A DNA stretch of 40,676 nucleotides from a virus. Position numbers and translations under genes: made by a program. Within the stretch, counting starts at the first letter, position 1. Every line of letters begins with the position of its first letter. The stretch is taken from the IMG/VR virus record IMGVR_UViG_3300021058_000001, positions 1 to 40,676 of that record; one strand, written 5' to 3'. The notes beneath the pieces were generated by a model. The model saw nothing but the letters and a program-made list of their open reading frames with translations. It was not told the origin of the DNA and searched no databases. Below, piece by piece: positions 32,363 through 39,696 of the stretch.

Positions 32363-34141
32363 ATGTCTGCCAAGAAAAACACCGCCGCCGCTCCGCTGGC
32401 CCGCTTCGCTCTGGCCCCGGAAAACGCCCGCCACGGCGTCGAATATGACGCCGACGGCCTCGCCGCTCTGGCCGGGTCCATCGTCGCCTTCGGGCGGCTG
32501 CTGGAACCCCTCAAGGTCTATCAGGACGGCGAGGCCCTGATGGTATGGGACGGCGGGCGCCGCCTCGCCGCCCTGCAACTGCTGGCACAGGCCGAAACCC
32601 CGCCCGCCCTGCTGGACGCGGTCGGCTATATCCTGACGGACCGCGCCGACGCCGCGCTCGCCTCTATGGCGACGTTCCTCCGCGAGCCGATGCACCCCGC
32701 CGACCGCTTCGCCGCTTATTCGGCCCTGTTTGACGCTGGCCAGACGGCGGAACAAATCGCGGCGGCTTGCGCCGTCTCCCCGCGCGGCGTGGCGCAGCTG
32801 CTCCGCTTCCGGCTGCTGGCGCCCGAAATTCTGACGGCGTTCCGCGCCGGTCGGATGGACTTTGACGCTTGCCTCGCCTTCACGCTGGACGCCGACCACG
32901 AGGCGCAGCGGGCCGTTCTGGATAGCTTCGGCGACCGCCGCATAAATGAATGGCAGGTCAAAAACGCCCTGCGATCTGACGCGGTGCGCGGCGATAGCTT
33001 CATCGCCCGCATCGTCGGGCGGGACGCCTATGAGGCGGCGGGCGGGCGCTTCCTTGTCGATCTGTTCACCGGCGACGACGAGGGCGACGAGCGTTGGCAG
33101 GACGGCGCCCTGCTCGGTCGCCTGTTTGAAGCGGCGGTCGCGGCCCGCGTGGCGGAAGCCCAGGCGGAAGGCTGGGGCGCCGTTCGCGTGGTGGAAAACC
33201 AGTATGAGACGGCCATCGGCTATCACCCCGCCGAACCGGAGGGCGAGGCCTTCACCGACGAGGAACGCGCGGGCCTGACGGCCTTCGTCGTCTATCAGCG
33301 CCACCCGGAAGCCGCGCTCGTCATTGAGGGCGGCTGGCGCAGCCACAAGGCGCAGCCCGGCGAGGCCAGCGGGACGGGCGAAGCCAAGCCCAAGCCCGCG
33401 ACGGAAGACCCAGCCCGGTGGGGCTGGGGCCATGGCGGTCACGATCTGGCGACGACACAAGCGACCCTCGCCGTCCGCTCGGCCCTGCTGGCCAATCCCG
33501 CCGCCGCCTATGACGCCCTGCTGGCGCAAATGGCATGGGACGCGCTCGGCTGGTCCGGCGAGGCTATTTCCGGCCTTCGGGTACGGGGCGGGGCCGCGAC
33601 GGAGGCGGAAGCCGACGCGCGGACGGCGTGGAAGGCCCGCCTGAACCCTGTCGACCGCGTGGCCTTCTATGGGGCGGTCGCGGCGCTGGACGCGAGCGAG
33701 AAGGCCGAACTGCTGGCCCTCTGCTTCGTCCTGTCCGTCAGCGTTCGCGAGGCGCGGACGGACAACCACGACCCGGCCCGGTGGGCGCAACTCGGCTGGA
33801 CCGCTCGCCACGCGGGCGTCACCCTGGCCGATTTCGGAACCCCGTCCGAAGCCTTCCTCAAGGGCGGCTCAAGGCCCGCCCTCCTGACCGCCGTGGCCGA
33901 TCTGGCGCCCGGCGAGGAAGTCCGTCAGGCCGAAGCGAAGAAGGGGGCGCTGGTGACCTACGTTGGCCACAAGGCGACGGAGGCGGGCGGCTGGGCGCCG
34001 CAGCTGCTCCGCGATCTGCTCACGGACCCGGCGGCGGAAAAGCCCGCCAAGGCCCCGCGCAAGGGCCGTGGACGGGGAAAGACGGAGGCGGCGGCGCCTG
34101 ACGCCGTCAACGACGCGGACGCCCTCGCGGACGCCGCCTAG
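32363..34141 (+). CDS. Large ParB/KorB-like N-terminal-domain protein (592 aa)
   Basis: ParB box LLEPLKVYQDGEALMVWDGGRRLAALQLL (GxxRxxA-type). An HTH-like region (TAEQIAAACAVSPRGVAQLLR) and a long C-terminal extension follow. It is adjacent to ardC, as in the leading regions of conjugative elements. Confidence 0.75.
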   Translation: MSAKKNTAAAPLARFALAPENARHGVEYDADGLAALAGSIVAFGRLLEPLKVYQDGEALMVWDGGRRLAALQLLAQAETPPALLDAVGYILTDRADAALASMATFLREPMHPADRFAAYSALFDAGQTAEQIAAACAVSPRGVAQLLRFRLLAPEILTAFRAGRMDFDACLAFTLDADHEAQRAVLDSFGDRRINEWQVKNALRSDAVRGDSFIARIVGRDAYEAAGGRFLVDLFTGDDEGDERWQDGALLGRLFEAAVAARVAEAQAEGWGAVRVVENQYETAIGYHPAEPEGEAFTDEERAGLTAFVVYQRHPEAALVIEGGWRSHKAQPGEASGTGEAKPKPATEDPARWGWGHGGHDLATTQATLAVRSALLANPAAAYDALLAQMAWDALGWSGEAISGLRVRGGAATEAEADARTAWKARLNPVDRVAFYGAVAALDASEKAELLALCFVLSVSVREARTDNHDPARWAQLGWTARHAGVTLADFGTPSEAFLKGGSRPALLTAVADLAPGEEVRQAEAKKGALVTYVGHKATEAGGWAPQLLRDLLTDPAAEKPAKAPRKGRGRGKTEAAAPDAVNDADALADAA

Positions 34142-34197
34142 CCCTCGGGGCGGGGGCGGCTTGTCCGTCCCCGCCTCCACGCCCTAAAGGATGGTCC

Positions 34198-34530
34198 ATG
34201 ACCGATCTAACCCCTGACCTCATCCGCCGGGCCGGGCTGGCCCTCTACGGGCCGAACTGGAAGGCCCCGCTAGCCGCCCTGCTCAACTCGGCTCCGCGCA
34301 CCATCTCGCGGATTGACGCCGCGCTCATCAAGGGCGAGGCCTACGACGTCAACCCCGCCTGGGCGGGTCCGCTAAAGCTGGCGCTTGAGGGGCTGCCCGA
34401 ACGGCGGCGCCAACAGGAGGCCGACGCCCGCGCCGTCCTTGAGGCCCTGGCCCATGTTCAACCCCGGCCAGAAGACGACCCACGCGAGCGGATGCGGCGC
34501 AGCCATCTGTTCCGCAACAGCGAGACCTAG
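34198..34530 (+). CDS. Hypothetical protein (110 aa)
   Basis: ATG with SD AAGGA. It is preceded by the hairpin GGCGGGG...CCCCGCC. Its TAG stop shares the CTAG tetranucleotide with the convergent helicase stop. Confidence 0.5.
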   Translation: MTDLTPDLIRRAGLALYGPNWKAPLAALLNSAPRTISRIDAALIKGEAYDVNPAWAGPLKLALEGLPERRRQQEADARAVLEALAHVQPRPEDDPRERMRRSHLFRNSET

Positions 34531-36566
34531 CCGTCCTCGCCCGGCTGGCGCCCGCCGTCCTCGAGACGGCGGGCGCTTTCGCGCGCCTCGGCCTCGGCCT
34601 CAAGGTTCACCTTGTCGGGGTCCAGGTCGAAGATCGGGATGCGCTCGCCGTTGGCCTCATAGGTCGCGCCCAACCATATCTGAGTGCAGCGTTCGCGCTC
34701 CAGCTGGGGAACATTGTCCGAGCGCCACACGCCGTCGCCGGTCCCGTCCTGTTGCAGGATGTATTTCCCGCCGTTGCGAAGGGCGCTCGTCCAAGCCCCG
34801 TCGCCGCCCGCCGCGCGGAAGTCCGTCTCGCGGAATATGGCGTTGACCTGCTGGTGGGTCGGGCTGATCGCCAGAAACACATGGCCCCCCTTGGCCCTCA
34901 CAAGAGCGAGGCCCGCCCGGTTCAGCTTCCTTTGCAGGGCGGGCGCGTCCTCGCTGGGCTTGCCGTCCTTCTTGAGCCAGTCGCGGACCACCTCGCCCAC
35001 ACTGGTCATTGAGCCGGATCCCCACACCGGAGGGTGAGCGTTGAGGATGACGCGGAAGATCCGCAGCCAGGTCGGCTCGCTGCCCTCGTATTCGTACAGG
35101 TCCGCGCGAGCGAGGCCGCGCACAAGGTTGTCGCAAACCCCGTCGCTCTGGACCTCATCGAACAGCATCAGGTCGGCCGCCGCCAGCAAGGTGCCGAACT
35201 GGCGGGCGCCGCGCTGGTTATGGCCGATGCGGCCCAGCGCCATTTCATAGGCCCTCAAGGTCTGTGGCCACCGGCTCCACCCGGCGACCAGCCGCCCGAC
35301 CATCCGCTGGCCATGCTCTCTCAGGGTCCCGTCGGAAAGGTGCGCAAGCTCTGTTCCCTTTTTCAGGGGCTGCAGACGCAGGAAGGTCAGGCGCTGCATA
35401 TCCTGGGCGCGCATGGACGGCGGCACGATGGCCGAAAAGGCGAAGCAGCCGCGCAGGGTGAATTCCGAGGCGTTGTGGTCCTTGCCGCCGCGATAGGTCG
35501 TCCCGCCCGAGGCCGCGACCCGGGCCAGCTTCATCACATTGACGGCCTGATCGGTGTTCACATCGGCCTCGATCTCATCGAACGACACCGCCATGGCGTC
35601 CTGATTGACGATCTGGCGCAGCGCCGCCGGCGAGGCGTCCACCGTCGAGGCCATGCGCCCCGGCAGCAGCTTCTTGATCCGGTCCTGCAACGACGACTTA
35701 CCCGTCCCCGCGTCCCCGGTGATAAAGGTCATGGGGCGCCAGTCCAGGGCGGCGCCCAGCACGGCGCAGCCGATCCACCCCAGCAACAGGTGGGCGTCGA
35801 TCACCCCGCGCGACCAATTCCAGGTCTGAAAGTCGGCCAGCATGGCCTCCGCGCTCTCCTTGCCGCCCTCCATGATGGGCGGCGCGACCTTGGGTCGGCC
35901 GGGATAGACGAAGTCGCCGATCATCCCCGGCTTGCGGCCCTTGGCCTCGCCCTCGATGCGCACCTCGTTTCCAAGGTGCATCACCAGCTCGCCGTCCGGC
36001 CCGCGCCAGCAGCCAAGGCCGCGCACCTTCTCGCGCGGGTCGAAGACGTCGCGATCGCCGCACGACATGAACAGGGCCTTGCGGGCGATATCGGCCTTGA
36101 ACCCGGTCAAGGTGCCGCCCTGATTGAAGGCCGGATAGTTGGACAGAAGCCACCACATCGCCTTGGGGGTGGAGAACAGGCCCTCAAGGTGGGACTGGCC
36201 GAACTTGCCGTCCTCATAGCTGACCAGCTGGCCGCGCTCGGTCAGGAAGAAGAACACCTTTCCGTCCTGCCCCAGCGGCGTCACCGGGCAGTCGTCGGGG
36301 ACAGGGCCCAGGCTGGCGTAATAGATTTCGCCCTCCGGGCTCAGACGGGGGAAGCGCAGGCTGCGATAGACCCGCTTGGGCTTGTCGTCGCCCGTCCCTT
36401 CGTCGGCCGGGCCGTCGTCGTCCTCGTCGTCGCCGTCATCGCCGCCGGGCCAGTCCGCGAAGTCCCCGGCGCCCAGGATGGCGTCGCGCCCCGCCGTCAG
36501 GCGGCGGCGGCGCTGTTCCTCAAGGAACGCCTTGTCGCCATGAGGATCGTCTTCCCTGCCGCTCAC
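34527..36566 (-). CDS. Replicative helicase-like NTPase (SF3/primase-associated type, 679 aa)
   Basis: GTG start overlaps the primase stop (GTGA). Walker A is ITGDAGTGKSS and Walker B-like is AMAVSFDEIE. The N-terminus is an acidic linker. Confidence 0.7.
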   Translation of the reverse strand: MSGREDDPHGDKAFLEEQRRRRLTAGRDAILGAGDFADWPGGDDGDDEDDDGPADEGTGDDKPKRVYRSLRFPRLSPEGEIYYASLGPVPDDCPVTPLGQDGKVFFFLTERGQLVSYEDGKFGQSHLEGLFSTPKAMWWLLSNYPAFNQGGTLTGFKADIARKALFMSCGDRDVFDPREKVRGLGCWRGPDGELVMHLGNEVRIEGEAKGRKPGMIGDFVYPGRPKVAPPIMEGGKESAEAMLADFQTWNWSRGVIDAHLLLGWIGCAVLGAALDWRPMTFITGDAGTGKSSLQDRIKKLLPGRMASTVDASPAALRQIVNQDAMAVSFDEIEADVNTDQAVNVMKLARVAASGGTTYRGGKDHNASEFTLRGCFAFSAIVPPSMRAQDMQRLTFLRLQPLKKGTELAHLSDGTLREHGQRMVGRLVAGWSRWPQTLRAYEMALGRIGHNQRGARQFGTLLAAADLMLFDEVQSDGVCDNLVRGLARADLYEYEGSEPTWLRIFRVILNAHPPVWGSGSMTSVGEVVRDWLKKDGKPSEDAPALQRKLNRAGLALVRAKGGHVFLAISPTHQQVNAIFRETDFRAAGGDGAWTSALRNGGKYILQQDGTGDGVWRSDNVPQLERERCTQIWLGATYEANGERIPIFDLDPDKVNLEAEAEARESARRLEDGGRQPGEDG

Positions 36567-37699
36567 GCCACGCCCCGCACCAAATCGTTGAAGTCCTTGC
36601 CCTCGGGGCTGCGCGCCACCGTGACGGGCTTGCCCATGCCCTTCAGTCGGGCCACCGCCCGGCTCAACAGGGCGTGGGCCTGGGGCTTGCCCCAATCGTT
36701 GTCGGCCGAGACGATGACGGCGCTGGCGCAGGGCGGCGGCACATAGGTCAGCAGCCCCGGCAGCGACCCGGCCACATGGACCCGGTATTCAGGGACCATC
36801 ATGGCGATCGAGAACCCGTCCTCGACGCCCTCGCACACCACCAGCGGGCAGGAATGGCCCTTGGCCGTGGCCTCGTTCTCGCTCAGGAAATTGGCCCCGC
36901 GCCACAGGCGGATGGCCGTCCCTTCCGCCTCCGGCCACATCTTGCGCGGCGGGTCCAGGTCGGCCTTCTCGCCCTCGCGATCGGGGTTGATCCAGATGCG
37001 GTGCAGACTGCCGAACCCGCCCGCGTGAAGGTCCATGCGGGACGCCAGCGCCGGGCCGATATGCTCCTCGATGACCTCGCCGTCGCCGCCGAACTTCACC
37101 CACCGCTCGCGCGGCGACAGTTTCACCGCCCGCGGGATGCGCCCCAGCTGTTTGAAGTCGATGCCGCGGGCCTCCAGATAGCGGGCGCCGACACAGCCCG
37201 GCACGGCCACCCTCCCGTTGTACCGCGTCGGCCGCAGGTCCTCGGCCTCGATCCAGATATGCTCGGCCACGCCCCGGTTGCGCTTCAGGTTCCGCGCCGC
37301 CGCCTTCTGCGCCTCGGCCGCGCGCGCTTTGGCCGCCTCGATGTTCCGGCGCCACGCCAGCTCGTCGAAGTCGCCGCCCTCCAGACCATAGCGGGCGCGC
37401 GCCCATTTGATCCCCTCGCGGCGGGCGTCCCGCGTCTTGGCGTCGGGCTGGCCCGTCAGCACACAGCCGACAAGGCCCAGGGCGTCGCCGAACCGCCCGG
37501 CGATCCAGTCGTTCCACTTCCCGGCGATGGGCTGGATTTCGATTTCCAGCTTGGGCTTGGCGCTGTCGCCCCACGGCGGGATGCAATAGAGGCGGCGCTG
37601 GTCGCGGCGCCGCACGTCGATCCTCAAGTCCGTGACCACGGCCTCGATCTCATCGGCCAGCCGCATCGCCAGCTCGCGCACGGTGACGGTGTCGCTCAT
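36563..37699 (-). CDS. Toprim-domain DNA primase (378 aa)
   Basis: ATG at 37699 (the track start at 37783 is TTG). Toprim motifs are VVCEGVEDG and IVSADNDWG. It lies upstream of the helicase and is coupled to it. Confidence 0.7.
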   Translation of the reverse strand: MSDTVTVRELAMRLADEIEAVVTDLRIDVRRRDQRRLYCIPPWGDSAKPKLEIEIQPIAGKWNDWIAGRFGDALGLVGCVLTGQPDAKTRDARREGIKWARARYGLEGGDFDELAWRRNIEAAKARAAEAQKAAARNLKRNRGVAEHIWIEAEDLRPTRYNGRVAVPGCVGARYLEARGIDFKQLGRIPRAVKLSPRERWVKFGGDGEVIEEHIGPALASRMDLHAGGFGSLHRIWINPDREGEKADLDPPRKMWPEAEGTAIRLWRGANFLSENEATAKGHSCPLVVCEGVEDGFSIAMMVPEYRVHVAGSLPGLLTYVPPPCASAVIVSADNDWGKPQAHALLSRAVARLKGMGKPVTVARSPEGKDFNDLVRGVA

Positions 37700-37878
37700 C
37701 ACTCGCCGCCTTTGGGCAAATCGACGTCGATCGGGGCAGGCCCCGGCTCCCAGCTCGGCGGCAGACGGATTTCCAGCGGCCAAGCCGTTTGCGTGATTTC
37801 GAGGGGTGGATGCAGAACCGCCGCCAACACATGGCGCGCCTCGCGCCGCATCCGGCGGATTTCTCTAGGCCGCATCAT
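37699..37878 (-). CDS. Small hypothetical protein (59 aa, internal start of ORF 37699..37926)
   Basis: The ATG overlaps the upstream stop (ATGA) and its TGA overlaps the primase ATG, so it is coupled at both ends. GC3 is roughly 75% by hand count. Confidence 0.4.
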   Translation of the reverse strand: MMRPREIRRMRREARHVLAAVLHPPLEITQTAWPLEIRLPPSWEPGPAPIDVDLPKGGE

Positions 37879-38615
37879 CCTTCTTCCCCCGCCAGTCGCC
37901 GCACGAACCGCCGCTCGTCCGCCCATACCTGTTCGTCCGGCCCCTTGGCCGCGCGGCGGCGGCCGCGCTCGATGACCTGGCCGTTCTCCACCGTCTCGGG
38001 ATCGTCGCCGTCGCGCTGGCGCAGATAGCGTTCGGTCGCATTGTCGACGGCCTGACGGCTCACCCCGGCCACGCCCGCCACCGTCTCGGAATTCACCCGC
38101 CCGACCACGACGGCCAGGGCCATGCCCCGGCTGCGCGCCGACTGTTCCGGCGTCGGCGTCCCGCCCGCGCCGCCCGCCGGCGCACCCATGACCGCGCGAA
38201 CGTGCAGCCCCGCTTCCTCGGCCGCGAACCGCATGGCCGCGACGATCAGGCCAAGGTCCAGAAGGTCCATGGTCCCCGGTTCGGGGCGCCCCGGCATGGC
38301 CTTGACCGTCGCCGTCGCCCCCTCGGGCAGGCCCGACGCGATCGCGAACCGCGCCCGCGCCCGCTCGATCCAGCCGCGCTCGCGCTCGGCCTCATAGAAG
38401 TCGGCAAGGTCGGGGCGTATCTGTTCGGGCTTCAACCCCAACGCCGCCGCGATCACCGGCACCCGCTCGCGCGGCACCGTGTCCCATTTGCTGACGCTGG
38501 GCTTGCTCACGCCACACAGCCGCGCCAGCTGGCCGATCCCGCCCGCCTTGCGGATCGCCAGCATGGTCCCGGCCGGACGGCCCGGCCGCAAGCCTCCCTC
38601 CCACGCGCCCGTCAT
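37875..38615 (-). CDS. Two-HTH DNA-binding protein (YdaS/Cro-like N-terminal HTH; DnaA-domain-IV-like C-terminal HTH), possible replication initiator/regulator (246 aa)
   Basis: N-terminal pattern: IRKAGGIGQLARLCGVSKPSVSKWDTVPRERVPVIAAALGLKPEQIRPDL. C-terminal pattern: SRGMALAVVVGRVNSETVAGVAGVSRQAVDNATERY. Confidence 0.55.
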   Translation of the reverse strand: MTGAWEGGLRPGRPAGTMLAIRKAGGIGQLARLCGVSKPSVSKWDTVPRERVPVIAAALGLKPEQIRPDLADFYEAERERGWIERARARFAIASGLPEGATATVKAMPGRPEPGTMDLLDLGLIVAAMRFAAEEAGLHVRAVMGAPAGGAGGTPTPEQSARSRGMALAVVVGRVNSETVAGVAGVSRQAVDNATERYLRQRDGDDPETVENGQVIERGRRRAAKGPDEQVWADERRFVRRLAGEEG

Positions 38616-38618
38616 GGT

Positions 38619-39014
38619 TCAATCGCCCCCGGCTATGTCGGCGCGGCGCTGCCAGGCGAACCCCTCGCCGGGCGCCTCCAGCGGCAAGGGCATGGCGGCG
38701 GCCGCCGCCTCGGGCGGCGGCGGCGGCGACAGGTGCGGGGCCAGCCGGTCGCCCAGCTGGTTCAAGGCCTCGGCCCCCGCCACCCGCTCCATCGGCCCGG
38801 CCGTGGCGAACCACAGACAGGCCCAGCGAAAGGCGTTGCACAGGCATTTGACCGATCCGTCGCCCACCCCTCCGGTGGAGGGCGTCGGAACCTCGCGCAT
38901 CCGGTCGGCGCGGGTCCTCAAATCGGTCGGGTCGATATGCGGCATGGCGGCCGCGACGCGCGCCTCCTGCAACAGCCGCGCCCAGCGCTCGGTCGTCAGG
39001 TCAAGCGGCGACAT
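38619..39014 (-). CDS. Hypothetical protein (131 aa)
   Basis: ATG with GGGGA upstream. It is the first gene after the terminator-like hairpin at 39089..39113. Confidence 0.5.
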   Translation of the reverse strand: MSPLDLTTERWARLLQEARVAAAMPHIDPTDLRTRADRMREVPTPSTGGVGDGSVKCLCNAFRWACLWFATAGPMERVAGAEALNQLGDRLAPHLSPPPPPEAAAAAMPLPLEAPGEGFAWQRRADIAGGD

Positions 39015-39088
39015 GGCTGTCCCCGCAATTAGCCACTGACAGATATTTCAACGGACCGCGCGGCGAAGCTTGGCCATAAAAACAAAGG

Positions 39089-39113
39089 AAAAAATCGTGC
39101 CCGATCCCACGAT
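39089..39113 (-). terminator. Rho-independent-like terminator on the minus strand downstream of the cro-like gene
   Basis: On the minus strand the stem ATCGTG/CACGAT (8-nt loop) is followed by TTTTTTCCTTTGTTTTTAT. This is the only clear U-tract terminator I saw in the window. Confidence 0.45.
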
Positions 39114-39136
39114 CTGGGTAGTGAGGAGCATCAACC

Positions 39137-39352
39137 TTGTGCGGACAACCGATCGACCCGGCCGATATCCTCTTGACACTCGCCGGGGCGGACCCCGCCG
39201 CCGGTGCGCCCTTGTGGCGCCGCCGCCTGATCGGCCCCACCTGCCTCGACTGCCTCGCCGAAGCCGTCCATGACGCCGCCGACCTGATCGAGGGCGCCGC
39301 CCGCCGCCCGGCTGAAAGCCCGTACATCACGCCGCCTCCCGCTGACGGATAG
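39137..39352 (+). CDS. Small Cys-containing protein encoded antisense to the early-right transcription unit (71 aa)
   Basis: TTG start 8 nt after the SD GAGGAG (39123..39128). GC3 is about 85% by hand count in this frame. The sequence is MCGQPIDP...GPTCLDCLAEAVH. Its 3' end overlaps the cro-like gene convergently by 26 nt. Confidence 0.5.
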   Translation: MCGQPIDPADILLTLAGADPAAGAPLWRRRLIGPTCLDCLAEAVHDAADLIEGAARRPAESPYITPPPADG

Positions 39353-39608
39353 CGGCCAGCACCTCGGCCGACGGATAGAAGCTCCCGGGCTGCACCTCGC
39401 CCTGGGTCCAGGCCACGATCCGGTCCATCATCGGCGGCTCGGGCGTGCGCCGCATGGCCGCGCCGAACGGCAGCTGATACCGGCGGGCGGTCTCGATCGA
39501 ACACCCAAGGGCCTCGGCGATTTCTCGCTGCTTCAGCTGGCGGGCGAAGCACCACCAGGCGAAGGCCGGCAGGAATTGGGGCGGGGGCGGGGGCGGCGGC
39601 GCAGCCAT
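39327..39608 (-). CDS. Cro/YdaS-like HTH regulator (93 aa)
   Basis: ATG at 39608 with SD GGAG 9 nt upstream. The HTH is LKQREIAEALGCSIETARRYQ and the C-terminal motif is DRIVAWTQGEVQPGSFYP. It is divergent from the repressor gene. Confidence 0.65.
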   Translation of the reverse strand: MAAPPPPPPPQFLPAFAWWCFARQLKQREIAEALGCSIETARRYQLPFGAAMRRTPEPPMMDRIVAWTQGEVQPGSFYPSAEVLAAIRQREAA

Positions 39609-39631
39609 GTGTTCGGGCTCCAAGGGGCGTC

Positions 39632-39669
39632 GCTGGTGAAAAAGTGGGTGATTTGTTGTTTTCTTCAAC
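39632..39669 (-). promoter_or_regulatory. Candidate early-right promoter/operator box (PR-like)
   Basis: The minus strand reads GTTGAA-N19-CTTTTTCACCAGC, the twin of 76..113. It has a GTTGA-N5-ACAAC dyad. A further TTCAAC-N5-GTTAAC dyad lies upstream at 39680..39695. Confidence 0.45.
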
Positions 39670-39696
39670 CCCCTTTTCAGTTAACGAAGCGTTGAA

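Noticed and set aside
34527-34530. Convergent genes sharing a CTAG stop/stop overlap with no terminator between them
   Set aside because: The feature is real in the sequence, but it is a trivial consequence of compact packing. It offers nothing to test beyond possible transcriptional collision.
36563-37783. Longer versions of the primase (start 37783) and TerS (start 30173) as given in the ORF track
   Set aside because: Both upstream starts are TTG codons without a convincing SD. Internal ATGs at 37699 and 30146 fit translational coupling or an SD (GAGGG) better. In addition, the extra primase N-terminal region is better explained as a separate coupled 59-aa ORF in another frame.
32123-37975. 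Antisense ORFs 32123..33811 (minus), 35034..36746 (plus) and 36674..37975 (plus)
   Set aside because: They lie opposite the ArdC/ParB-like, helicase and primase genes, all of which have clear motifs. Their composition is typical of shadow frames.
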